From: Octopus vulgaris
Taxonomy: Eukaryota
Assembly: GCA_951406725.2 (NCBI GenBank)
Contig: OX597819.1
Coordinates: forward strand, 76,260,001-76,324,000
DNA length: 64,000 bases
Direction: 5' to 3'
This document shows, one piece after another, positions 1-13,099 of this stretch (position 1 is the first letter of the stretch; every line of letters starts with the position of its first letter). The position numbers and the translations under genes were made by a program. A model generated the notes under the pieces. That model was not told the DNA's origin. It searched no databases and saw only the letters and a program-made list of their open reading frames with translations.

Positions 1-113
1 ACGACTCTATATTTTTGCTTCCGACTATTTTGGATGCCCGCAAGGAAAGGCTTTTACAGTAACGTACTCAGTTTGCAAGATTCTTTATATGAGTTCGTGT
101 GTTGAAGCTTATT

Positions 114-346
114 CTGTTGTGTCTGGGGAGAGTAATTTTCTTTTTGTGCCTTATAATTTGACACACCCATCGGTAAAATTTCCTCTTATTTCTCATTTCT
201 TTTGCGCTAAGAGTCAAGACTATTGAAAAGGTTCCAAGACGCAACGAAAATTTTAGGAAAATAAAAACAAGATATAGTAGAAATGTTACCGGTGAGTGTG
301 TTAAATTATAAGGCAAAAAGAAAATGCCTCTCCCCAGACACAACAG
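114..346. repeat. Imperfect inverted repeat (arms ~114-182 and ~281-346) abutting a (TA)n tract; probable fold-back retroelement remnant
   Basis: ctgttgtgtctggggagag..ttttctttttg..ccttataattt.acacac (114-) is the reverse complement of gtgtgttaaattataaggcaaaaagaaaatgcctctccccagacacaacag (-346). Confidence 0.75.
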
Positions 347-360
347 TATATGTATATATA

Positions 361-898
361 TATAATTTCAACAATTGAGGGTAAAATTAATTAGTTATTA
401 ATCAATTTCACCAAGTGTTCAGTATGCAAAGGGACCATTTAAGGCGAATTCAAATTATTACATTATATAAAAGGGCTTAGTAAAATAAATTACTTCGCCG
501 CATACTGAACTCATTAGAAATAGCAGCTAAAAAACTTTTTTAAAGCTATTTCTAATACTTAAAGAAAATCTCTCTCATATATAGCGTTTGCTTAATTCAA
601 CTCACAAAAGTTTGGGGTAAGGACATTAAAAAATCAAATGCTAAGGTTATTTGAGTACGTACGTTTCAAGATTAGTCAAAACAACATTTCTCTCTTCAGC
701 TCAGAAATTCCTTGGTTTGGATTTGGAAACACTGAAAGCAAGAACATACCCTTTCGAAGATCCGCTCTTAACTAACAGTGCCAACAAACCCAAAATAAGC
801 AAGTGAATCATTTCTGTTCTCCCCTTTCCACCAGCGTGGGTTAAAATCATCAAACGCTATGCTTATTTCGGTAAAATCCGAAGCATTAATTAGAGGGA
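361..898 (-). mobile_element. Inverted, nearly full monomer of the 546-bp hammerhead-bearing repeat
   Basis: Reverse complement of the unit in 898-2618 (circularly permuted, ~8 nt short); outer end runs into (TA)n at 347-360. Confidence 0.92.
652..703 (-). ncRNA. Type I hammerhead ribozyme (inverted monomer copy)
   Basis: Reverse complement of tgag-CTGAAGA-gaga...tctt-GAAA-cgtacg-TA-ctca. Confidence 0.75.
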
Positions 899-1280
899 AA
901 AAAGTTTTTTAGCTGCTATTTCTAATGAGTTCAGTATGCGGCGAAGTAATTTATTTTACTAAGCCCTTTTATATAATGTAATAATTTGAATTCGCCTTAA
1001 ATGGTCCCTTTGCATACTGAACACTTGGTGAAATTGATTAATAATTAATTAATTTTACCCTCAATTGTTGAAATTATAATGAATCTCCCTCTAATTAATG
1101 CTTCGGATTTTACCGAAATAAGCATAGCGTTTGATGATTTTAACCCACGCTGGTGGAAAGGGGAGAACAGAAATGATTCACTTGCTTATTTTGGGTTTGT
1201 TGGCACTGTTAGTTAAGAGCGGATCTTCGAAAGGGTATGTTCTTGCTTTCAGTGTTTCCAAATCCAAACCAAGGAATTTC

Positions 1281-1332
1281 TGAGCTGAAGAGAGAAATGT
1301 TGTTTTGACTAATCTTGAAACGTACGTACTCA
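1281..1332 (+). ncRNA. Type I hammerhead ribozyme, unit 1
   Basis: Stem I tgag/ctca; core CTGAAGA 1285-1291; stem II gaga/tctt; GAAA 1317-1320; palindromic stem III A-CGTACG-T; predicted GUA cleavage after 1328. Confidence 0.8.
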
Positions 1333-1826
1333 AATAACCTTAGCATTTGATTTTTTAATGTCCTTACCCCCAAACTTTTGTGAGTTGAATTAAGCAAACG
1401 CTATATATGAGAGAGATTTTCTTTAAGTATTAGAAATAGCTTTAAAAAAGTTTTTTAGCTGCTATTTCTAATGAGTTCAGTATGCGGCGAAGTAATTTAT
1501 TTTACTAAGCCCTTTTATATAATGTAATAATTTGAATTCGCCTTAAATGGTCCCTTTGCATACTGAACACTTGGTGAAATTGATTAATAACTAATTAATT
1601 TTACCCTCAATTGTTGAAATTATAATGAATCTCCCTCTAATTAATGCTTCGGATTTTACCGAAATAAGCATAGCGTTTGATGATTTTAACCCACGCTGGT
1701 GGAAAGGGGAGAACAGAAATGATTCACTTGCTTATTTTGGGTTTGTTGGCACTGTTAGTTAAGAGCGGATCTTCGAAAGGGTATGTTCTTGCTTTCAGTG
1801 TTTCCAAATCCAAACCAAGGAATTTC

Positions 1827-1878
1827 TGAGCTGAAGAGAGAAATGTTGTTTTGACTAATCTTGAAACGTACGTACTCA
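1827..1878 (+). ncRNA. Type I hammerhead ribozyme, unit 2
   Basis: Identical to 1281-1332, +546. Confidence 0.8.
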
Positions 1879-2372
1879 AATAACCTTAGCATTTGATTTT
1901 TTAATGTCCTTACCCCCAAACTTTTGTGAGTTGAATTAAGCAAACGCTATATATGAGAGAGATTTTCTTTAAGTATTAGAAATAGCTTTAAAAAAGTTTT
2001 TTAGCTGCTATTTCTAATGAGTTCAGTATGCGGCGAAGTAATTTATTTTACTAAGCCCTTTTATATAATGTAATAATTTGAATTCGCCTTAAATGGTCCC
2101 TTTGCATACTGAACACTTGGTGAAATTGATTAATAACTAATTAATTTTACCCTCAATTGTTGAAATTATAATGAATCTCCCTCTAATTAATGCTTCGGAT
2201 TTTACCGAAATAAGCATAGCGTTTGATGATTTTAACCCACGCTGGTGGAAAGGGGAGAACAGAAATGATTCACTTGCTTATTTTGGGTTTGTTGGCACTG
2301 TTAGTTAAGAGCGGATCTTCGAAAGGGTATGTTCTTGCTTTCAGTGTTTCCAAATCCAAACCAAGGAATTTC

Positions 2373-2424
2373 TGAGCTGAAGAGAGAAATGTTGTTTTGA
2401 CTAATCTTGAAACGTACGTACTCA
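2373..2424 (+). ncRNA. Type I hammerhead ribozyme, unit 3
   Basis: Identical to 1281-1332, +1092. Confidence 0.8.
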
Positions 2425-3467
2425 AATAACCTTAGCATTTGATTTTTTAATGTCCTTACCCCCAAACTTTTGTGAGTTGAATTAAGCAAACGCTATATAT
2501 GAGAGAGATTTTCTTTAAGTATTAGAAATAGCTTTAAAAAAGTTTTTTAGCTGCTATTTCTAATGAGTTCAGTATGCGGCGAAGTAATTTATTTTACTAA
2601 GCCCTTTTATATAATGTATATATATATATATATATATATCGTTACTATTGTGTTAAACTGTAGTATGTCCAAATTTGGCTAAATGCGATTTTTTTCAATA
2701 TTTATTTTTGCTTGGAATAGCCGGTTCTTTTGGTCAAACTATCGTATCTCCAGCTGCTTCAAATGCCAAGATATCAAAACTTGTCAAAGTGTAGTACAGT
2801 AGCTTGTGACTCGATACAATTGTGAGGAATACGAATATTTTATCTTCCTACACAATGAAAGTGATTGCGTTTATTCCACCGAGTGATCTTCTGAATGCTT
2901 TTCATTTAGAGGAAGAAAATTTGAGTAAATATCAAAATCAGATAAGAGTAGGATATGCTCTGTATGAAAACATTTTTTTGTAATCGATGTTCAGTTTTAG
3001 AAAGCAAATTAGTTCAGAATTTCATAAAATTGTGAAGAGCTGATATATGTTTATTCTTGATTTTTTTTTCATGTGTCAACAAAGATAGCGAAGAGAAATA
3101 TTTGTCTGGTAAATTTAATATATTCGATTTCTATCTCAGTAATCTGACATTTTTCTTGAGCAATTCAGTATAAGATATTTGCTTTTGTTCAAATATTACT
3201 GGGAGTATCTTTTTCCGTGACACATCTGGTTTCATATCCGTTTGTTCTATCACCCAGACTCATTATTCTCTGGCACTCTTTTTATAAAGGGAAATAATTC
3301 TTCGTAACAGATTGTTTTGTGAAAGAGACTTTGCGTAATAAATGTTAGTAATATTATTAATCAATTTTATATTCATTTTAAATGGATACATGCTTCAATA
3401 TTATAACATTTCATCAGTAGAAAACAGTTGTAATGAACTGACAATTATCCATCATCTGTAATTATTT

Positions 3468-3555
3468 GTGTGTATGTATGTATGTATGTATGTATGTATG
3501 TATGTATGTATGTATGTATGTATGTATGTATGTATGTATGTATGTATACGTATAT

Positions 3556-3647
<92 letters not shown>
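3468..3647. repeat. (TATG)n-(TA)n microsatellite
   Basis: Direct inspection. Confidence 0.95.
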
Positions 3648-3651
<4 letters not shown>

Positions 3652-4214
3652 TGGTGAAATAGAAAGATGAATAATCTTGTTGCAGATTAATCAAAAGTTT
3701 AACCGATACCTTGGTAGCAAAAATCACAGGAGAAGAAAGCACGGTTGGAGGTACAACCATATGGTGTTGCAACCGTGCGTTGGTGCGGATAATTGAATTT
3801 TAATATAATTAGGGAATTGAAGAAATGGAGTTGAACGAAGATTGAACAGAAATCCTTTTATTGCATTCTACATTCGTGTTTCGAAAGCCACAATTTACCA
3901 AATTCCGATTGAATAAGGAGACCATATTGTGTCTTTCTCTTCAGGAAGAAATAGGAATTCCATTGGCAGAACAAAAACAGAACAGAGGCGCAGCAAAGCA
4001 AATCGAACGAGGAGGCTCATAAGAGCCCATGGCCATGGGCTCTTAGGAGCGCCTCTGTTCTGTATTTGTTCTGCCAACGGAATTCTATTTCTTCCTGAAG
4101 AGAAAGACACAATATGGTCTCCTTATTCAATCGGAATTTGTAAATTGTGTATATGTGTAGAATGCAATAAAAGGATTTCTGTTCAATCTTCGTTCATCCA
4201 TTTCTTCAATTCAC

Positions 4215-4216
<2 letters not shown>
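3648..4216. mobile_element. Fold-back non-coding retroelement remnant (arms 3810-3991 / 4049-4216) between two (TA)n tracts
   Basis: Inverted arms ~180 bp; perfect 26-bp palindrome taagagcccatgg|ccatgggctctta at 4020-4045; hammerhead in left arm. Confidence 0.8.
3866..3947 (-). ncRNA. Type I hammerhead ribozyme with long stem II insert
   Basis: Minus strand: ttc-CTGAAGA-gaaag...ctttc-GAAA-ca-cgaa-tg-TA-gaa; the plus-strand copy (~4092-4162) has lost the GAAA segment. Confidence 0.65.
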
Positions 4217-4257
<41 letters not shown>

Positions 4258-4451
4258 TAGTAAATCCCCAAAAAACAAACACTATAAAACACAACACCGC
4301 GAGGAAGTGGTACATGAAAAGTATTAGCAGATGTTCAGGAAAGGAAAGAAACATAGTTTAACGTTTCGAGCAACACTCTTCTTCATAAACATAGGAAAGT
4401 CCAGTAGAAAGGAAGACGGAGGGAGAAAATCACCAATGATTCACATGTGGC

Positions 4452-4526
<75 letters not shown>

Positions 4527-4842
4527 CCGCGCGCCCGTGTATGTGTATACACATATTCGCTATGGTTTTTTCCCTCATATTATTGCTCATTCGCTGTTGT
4601 CTTTTGTTTTCAAAATTTGACGACAGTTATGCTTACTCGTTAATAATGACAGATATGATTTTTTTATCGTGGTCACAGAACTCCTGACTCACTCATAGGG
4701 CCCCCTTGACCTTTTCTTGTGTATTGCTGATTTTCTGAATTTCGTGCGTTTGTTTCACTATGTTAGACAATGTCTTGCTTTACCAAATTTGAATATATTC
4801 ACCATCGATTAGAACTCCACCTCATATACTGGGCATTTTATA

Positions 4843-5766
4843 TCCTTTTCTATTCTAAGCACAAGGCTCAAAAGTTTTGGGGAAGGGGCCATTCGATTAG
4901 ATCGACCTCAGTATGCAACTAGTACTTAATTTATCAACCCTGAAAGGATGAAAGGCACAGGTGACCTCGGCAGAATCTGAACTAAGAACGTAAAACAGAC
5001 GAAATACCTATTTCTTTACTACCCACAAGCGACTAAACATAGTAGACAAACAAGGACAGACAAGGGGATTAAGTCGATTACATCGACTCCAGTGCGCAAC
5101 TGGTACTTAATTTATCGACCCCGAACGGATGAAAGACACAGTCGACCTCGGCGGAATTTGAACTCAGAACGTAACGGCAGACGAAATACCTATTTCTTTA
5201 TTACCCACAAGAGGCTAAACACAGAGGGGACAAACAAGGACAGACAAAGGGATTAAGTCGATTACATCGACCCCGAAAGGATGAAAGACACAGTCGACCT
5301 CGGCGGAATTTGAACTCAGAACGTAACGGCAGACGAAATACCGCTAAGCATTTCGCCCGGCGTGCTAACGTTTTTTATTTCTTTATTGCCCACAAGGGGA
5401 CAAACAAGGGCGTTAGGTCGATTACATCGATGCCAGTGCGTAACTGGTACTCAATTTATTGACCCCAAAAGGATGAAAGACAAAGTCGACCTCGGCTGAA
5501 TTTGAACTCAGAACGTAACGGCAGACGAAATACCTATTTCTTTATTACCCACAAGGGGCTAAACACAGATGGGACAAACAAGGACAGACAAAGGTATTAA
5601 GTCGATTTTATCGACCTCAGTGCGTAACTGGTACTTAATTTATCGACCCGAAAGGATGAAAGGCAAAATCGACCTCGGCGGAATTTGAACTCGGAACGTA
5701 GCGGCAGACGAAATACCGCTAAGCATTTCGCCCGGCGTGCTAACGTTTCTGCCAGCTAACCGCCTT
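4843..5766 (-). mobile_element. Tandem cluster (~5 partial units) of a tRNA-derived SINE with Meta-like core
   Basis: Head aaggcgg..agctggcagaaacgttagcacg, B-box-like gagttcaaattcc, core ctttcatcctttcggggtcgataaattaagtaccag repeated about every 150-190 bp. Confidence 0.85.
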
Positions 5767-6773
5767 AGGATATTTTATATCAATTGAGAGCAACAAACGA
5801 AAGAAATTCACATTCATGTCTACTGTAAAGGTTCACCTTCACCAAGCAAAATCATGTCACCAATAATGCTTTCATATTGAAATTTAACACTATGGTTATG
5901 AGATTCCTTAAATATATCTACCCTCCCGTCATTTTTTTTTTACATTTATTCTTTAGAAAACATACGTCAGTTATTCACACAATGTCTCTTCTCAAAAACT
6001 AATTTAAAATACACCTCGTATCTTTCTTTATTGAAGACCATGTATCACTTTCATTCCGAAAACCTCATTAAGTATTTCTTTAGATTTTTCAGTAACCCAA
6101 CTGTCTCACATCATACAGGTTTCTTTTGTAACGATGACAAGTAGTCATTAAATGTCTTTATTCTTTGCAAAACCTCAACGATGAAGTAAAAGTACTTCAT
6201 ATACAAATGGGAACCACTTGACATAATCTATTTTCACTTTTTTGACATATTTCCATGAAGTTTTTCTTTGATGGACGAGAATACATGCACACATACACAC
6301 ACACACACACATATATACACATATATATATTTAGAGTGAGAGACAGAGAGAGAGGTGGGGAGACAGATACACACATACGTACATACATGAATACATACAT
6401 AATACATAGATTCTACACAATAACACACACAGGCACACACGCACATACATGCTCACATATACACATACACACGCATATTGATATACAACCGTATACACAT
6501 AAAGACCCGAGACTGACTTGTATTATTCAAAGAAAATTTTGGTGTATCTTTTACATTCTTTAGAACAAATATTTTCGCTTACTTCTACAAGAAATAATGA
6601 CACAGAGGTAGAAAGAAAAATGAAATTGGAAGAAGAAATTCGACGCCGGTAAAGGACTGGAAATTGATTTAACGACCCTGACAGAAAGGCGGAACAATTA
6701 CCCGGAAACAATTTACCTAACGTTCTAATAACGACGCTGTCAATCAGCTGCAAGGTACATACATACATATATT

Positions 6774-6844
<71 letters not shown>

Positions 6845-7147
6845 GAACTTACCCACAGCCATAAGTATATATACATGCATATATATATACATATATTTAT
6901 ATATATATGCATATGCATATGAAGTTTTTCATTTCTCCATTTTTACTTCAATCTTCATATAATTATGTATATACACATATATATCTGTTTGTGCGCGTAT
7001 ATGTATGTGTCTGTGTGTGTATGTGTATGTATGTGTGTCTGTTTGTGTCTGTGTGTGTGTCCATGTTAAACTGAGATTGTTGATTTCATTGTAAGAGACC
7101 AGACGAAACTGCTATAGCACCGGGCTGTAAAATTAATTGTTTTACAA

Positions 7148-7179
<32 letters not shown>

Positions 7180-7244
7180 ACACACATACACACACACACA
7201 TACACTCACAGGTACATACACACAAGCGATCGCGTGCATGCTAA

Positions 7245-7887
7245 CTCTATTATAGCAAAGAAGCAACCAAATTCTCGTGTGCCTCTGTGTGTGTGTGTGT
7301 GTTTGTGTATTTGTGCATTTCGTTCCTCGTTACCTTCGGAGCTGAAATTCCGCGCAGGTCGACTGTTTGTGCCTCTTTTCCTGCGGGTTGATGAAATAAG
7401 CACCAGTTATTCACTTCGGTCGGTGTTATGGATTTTCTCAATTCCAGGGACAAGCTCGTCATTGTAGCCTCCTTCAATTTGTGACGTATGTTGTGATTTC
7501 TCATCAAAAATTCTCACATAGCAACGCTAAATATATTTATATACATGAATATCTCTCTATTATAGCAAAGAAGCAACCAAATTCTCGTGTGCCTCTCTGT
7601 GTGTGTGTGTGTGTGTGTATTTGTGCATTTCGTTCCTCTTTACCTTCTGAGCTGAAATTCCGCGCAGGTCGACTGTGCCTTTTTTTCTTGCGCAGTTGAT
7701 GAAATAAGTACCAGTTATTCATTTCGGTCGATGTTATTGATTTTCTCAATTCCAGTGACAAGTTCGTCTAGGGCAGCCTCCTTCAATTTGTGACGTATGT
7801 TGTGATTTCTCATCAAAAATTCTCACATAAAAATGCTTTATAGTTATTTCCCTTACAAATCCGAGCAACGCCGGGCGATACTGCTAG
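7245..7887 (+). mobile_element. Non-autonomous Helitron-like element with duplicated 5' part (7245-7528 and 7552-7887)
   Basis: 5' TC(TC)TATTATAGC start, internal (TG)n, 3' GC-rich hairpin ccgagcaacgccggg followed by CTAG at 7884-7887 and T. Confidence 0.7.
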
Positions 7888-7974
7888 TATTGACTAAACC
7901 CTTTTTATACATAATCCTTCCCAGTTATATGTTATATGTTATAGTGCAATAAAACGTGTGTATATATTTCTGTT

Positions 7975-8385
7975 CTTTTATTTCTTTCAGTTATTTGACT
8001 ACAGCTACCCTAGGCAGCACTTTGAATAGTTTAAATCGACCAGATAAGGCTCAATACTTAGTTGTAAGGCCTGGTACATTTCTATCGGTCGCTTTTGTCA
8101 AAACGCTAAGTTATAAGGACATAAATTTACCAACACCAGCTGTCAAGTATTGTGGGATAGCAAACGCTGACTCATACACATATTTACACACACACATACA
8201 CATACACACACACACAGTCACACACACAGACGACAGGCTTCTACGTAGATTCCGATTTTCTGAATTCACTCACAAGGCATTGGACGGTCCGGAGTTATAG
8301 CAGAAAGCACTTACCCAAGGTGCCACGCAGTGGGATTTAACCTGAAAGCACACGATTGCAAAGGAAGCTTTTTGACCACTCACAT
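7975..8385 (-). mobile_element. Degenerate copy of the tRNA-derived SINE family seen at 53120-53532
   Basis: Shared blocks cactcacaaggcattg, gccacgcagtggga, cgctaagt, tttcagt.atttgact. Confidence 0.7.
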
Positions 8386-10087
8386 GTCTATCATGATATT
8401 AACATTACACATTTTCTGGATGAAGAATGTTCAATTACTACGATATTTGTCCTTGCCCCGTATTAATTTCAACTGTCGACGAAAGAAAGATATTGCAATG
8501 TCATAGCTGACTCTACGAGAATTCAGAAGCTAGAATGTTACCACTAAACATTGGTATAAAATGCAATGCCCATACTGAATGGCAGAATTGGTTATTAATC
8601 AACGAAATTAATTACTGCTTAGCGTGTTACTATCTGTGCCACCTTTGCAGCACTGATAATTTCACAGAAAATGTGTTCTGATAATAGTAATAATAATAGC
8701 TTCAAATTTTGGTTGAATGTCAATAATTTTGGGGAGTGGGCGTTAGTTACATGACTATGTACTTCATGATTCAAGTTTCCGTGTTTTAGAAATAACCAAG
8801 GACTGAAGTTAAAAAAGTTACAAATTTGAGTGGATTAATAAAGTTCATTGAGTAGCTGTTATTTGTCATATTTATGCAACACCTTGCAAGAAGCAAATCA
8901 ATCCTTTAAAAGTTTTCTCAGTGCAGAATAGCAAACGAACTTGCTAGTATTTCTATTATAGCCCCCAAAAAACGCAACCAAATTCATATTGAAATTACAC
9001 CGTTCTTTTTAAAATGTTTTCTTACAATTTAGTTTTGAAGAAAGCAAGATTTTTTACAGGGCCTCAGAAACAGGTGAAAAGGAGGAAAATGGAAGCTTGG
9101 CTCTAAAGCTTGCGACAAAGTGAACTCTGCAAAAAGAACCTAAGGTGTTAAATGATGGTATTCAACTCCTTAGGTGCTGAATACCATCATTGTGTAATGG
9201 ATAAAGTTTACCAGCCGGTTTTCAAGTCAAAACTCAATGACCAGGAGCAAACACTGTTCCCACAATTCTGCCAATCCACCGCTCTGACTGGTACGTTTTT
9301 ATCAATCCCTCTAACGACTAAATGTAGAGTTTAACCTCCGTGGGCTACGAGCTCAGAGCGCAGATATTCAGAATAAATGCTGCGAGATATTTTATCCGAT
9401 CCCCAGAAGATATATCTACTCTCCTGCAGCGAATAAAATAATGCAGGTGAGTCACTGATATATCGAACGCCACAGTGTTTCCGAGAAGGGTGTCCATGAT
9501 CATACGTCTACTTAATTGGGACTTCCCAACAGAAACAACCATGAAACTGTTCCATTTAAATAGTGTTGATATTTATACCCAGGTCATTTAAATTTGCTGA
9601 TACATGATGAAAGAAGGTTCATATATCATTATCCTATTTCTTTTATGAATTGCATGTCTAGAGGTACTATATCACGTTTTGTAAGACGAAAGGCTGTAAT
9701 ATGAAAGATATTTGGCTTCTACTTCAAGCACATCTTGCGATCAGGCAAACACTCCCTTTGGCCTCATGGAATATTGTTTATTATTCTAGCATCATGATTC
9801 TAATTTATTCCTACTTTTACAATGCTGGAAGTGATAAACATCGACCAGCTGTTATCTGATTGAATGTTTTACGCATTCCATTATGTTATGTGCATTTGAA
9901 GTGTAAGCATTCTAAACATTTTCTGAATTATTTCAAAGCAAATGATGCTTTTATAATTTATGATCCATAGAGAAATCAGCTAAGGGAATTTATTTTCCAA
10001 AATACATATTTTCACATATCAGATATGAAAATGCCTAAACATTTATGAAATGAAGTAAAAGAAATATATATATATATAAATAAATAA

Positions 10088-10158
<71 letters not shown>

Positions 10159-10311
10159 TGCATGGAAACAAGTACAGAATTCAGCTTACAAACATCTGCT
10201 CTCTATAATCTACTTATAGTATTTCAATGTAATAAGCTCATTCGCCTCCTCTGCAAATTTATGCCCTTTTGCCTAAACTAGAAATCAATATGAAATGTAC
10301 ACAGACAGGTC

Positions 10312-10373
<62 letters not shown>

Positions 10374-10589
10374 CCAATATATTTACATAAATACATACAC
10401 ACATACATGCAAACTCGCGTATTTATTTATTCATTTATTCTTTTACAAGTTTCAAGTATTGGACAGCGGCCATGCTGGAGAATATACGTGAATGGTTTTA
10501 ATCCTTACAACTCGTTCTTTTGTTTGGAACATATTTTATCGATTTCATATGATAGAATGGTAAAGTCGACACGGTCGTAAAGAGACATA

Positions 10590-11900
10590 AGCAAAAACAA
10601 ACTGATTTGTTCTTCATCGTACCGATTCTGCCATCCCATGGTTCTTCTGAATAACAAATATTTATGCAATATGTTTGGTCGTTCCGAAGCAACGGAAGAG
10701 GTAGAGTTGTTTTGAAGCTAAGAACTGTCTTTCTGGATTCCGATGAGAGGTTTATCAACCTGAACTTCAAAAGCAATATTAGCAATATTTTCAATTTCTT
10801 TAGGCTAGTAGTCGTTCATGTACAAAATGATGAAATGTCAGATTTTTGCGTCTCGAGGTATTCTTAGGAGTATACACTTGTTACAGATGGAAACTGAAAT
10901 GGCATCTTAGACACACTAGAAAATCTATGTAAAAGGAACGTGCAGCTGCTCCAATTAGTATCCAGTGGACACTAACTAGATTTTCCGAATATGCTAGACT
11001 GGAGTTGGAGAAATGACATCAGGTCATACAAATCTTATTGAAATTGCAATTTTGATAGCTCAACGGGTGTGTATAGCAGCGGTTTCTGAGCTACACAGTC
11101 TAGTGTGTGGTCTATATGTCAAACATAAATAAAACATGTACACAGAGACCAGTTGCTCAAATAAAAAATCAATATTTCCGACAGGCGTAGCTTACAAAAG
11201 TGAGTTAGTGTATTATTTAAAAGGGTGCCTATAGGACTCGTGTCCCAGTCACCAATCACAGGTCTCTAAAATATAAGGGTGTGTTGTGCGAACTGGACAT
11301 GGCAGAACGAATGCTGTTCGATATATTCAGAATCGAAAGGAGCGAGGTGTTAAGAAATCAATATTACCGGACTGTTATAAGTAAATATCTGATTTGAGGC
11401 AGATGTTAATTATTGTTCAGTGAAAGTCTTCACAATTATGCGGTCGAGTAAAAGTGGAAAATTCCAATCCATATTTTAATACCTTGCTACAATAGTTACC
11501 AGGACGATAGATTAATCCGGTAAAATCAGTCGAGTTATGGGTGATCTGATCAGTATTGCAAGTGCAAAGACCTAGCTGTAAATATGTTATGTCAGAGTTT
11601 GTACTAAATCTACAGATTTTATACTAAATACTATAATGGTGACAGAAAGTGGTTGGACTAACTATATGTCCAACCGGTGAGTATGTATTTTTTATTTGAG
11701 TGTGATTTACGTTAGTGGATTAAATTGGGACCATGTGTGTATCAAGACCTTTCGAATACATGTGAAAAATCTTCTAACCGGTTCCTATTGACATGGTCAT
11801 GTATTTTCTTCTCTTTGTCAAGCTATCATTGCGTTAGGGTTTCTACGTCATCGTTGCATTTAATTCTTGATTTCATGATAGATTCTCTGTTGACTTTAGA
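10590..11900 (-). pseudogene. Possible highly degraded Penelope-like RT/GIY-YIG relic
   Basis: Fragmentary minus-strand translations resembling PLE motifs (VFALAI..SPIT near RT motif GxAMGSP; IA..VQVDKPLIGIQK near the GIY-YIG C-terminus); many stops. Confidence 0.3.
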
Positions 11901-12083
11901 ATTCTGATTATTCTCTTGTCGAAGCTGAGCTTTTTAATTTTCTGCAATTAAAGCTTTTATTCATCGATTATTTTCAACAAACCAATTGGAGATACTTTTT
12001 CTATGAAGCGAATCAAAAGTTCATTGTGCAGCCTTAAATACAGCCGACCTCTGGATCACCGTAAGGCAACAAAATAACATGTT

Positions 12084-12159
<76 letters not shown>

Positions 12160-12519
12160 ATGTTCAATAAATATGAAAAACGAATTAATAACCAATTTTC
12201 ATCTTTTAGGCTCAAGCATAAGGCGAATTGCACACCCGTTATCTAGCAAGATTAGGGAACTGAAGTTAACTACAGCACTGGAACATTTTAGCTCTTATTT
12301 CTAGCAATGTAGGTGCTTTTTAGCACCCTAGTCACATTTAGTGACAATTATATATATATATTAGGTCTGGATATATAATACAGGTATTATATATTAGAAG
12401 AAATAAGGTACTCAGAAATCTGGAAAGTTTTATATTTTCTGATTTTTATTAATATGTCACATATTTTTATAAATCATATATTAGCGCTTGCATCCACTCT
12501 AGTGGATTCTTCAGATTTG

Positions 12520-13099
<580 letters not shown>

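Larger units (their letters stand above)
898..2618 (+). repeat. Tandem array of ~3.15 near-identical 546-bp units (retrozyme-like / Penelope pseudo-LTR multimer)
   Basis: Unit starts recur at 898, 1444, 1990, 2536; identical antisense 62-aa ORFs at 546-bp spacing; ends in (TA)n at 2619. Confidence 0.95.

Noticed and set aside
1209-1397. Three identical 62-aa ORFs (also 1755-1943, 2301-2489)
   Set aside because: Antisense to the hammerhead strand, non-ATG start, no motif, and frameshifted in the inverted monomer; a by-product of the repeat
898-2618. CRISPR-like array
   Set aside because: Units are fully identical with no unique spacers; eukaryotic context; no cas genes
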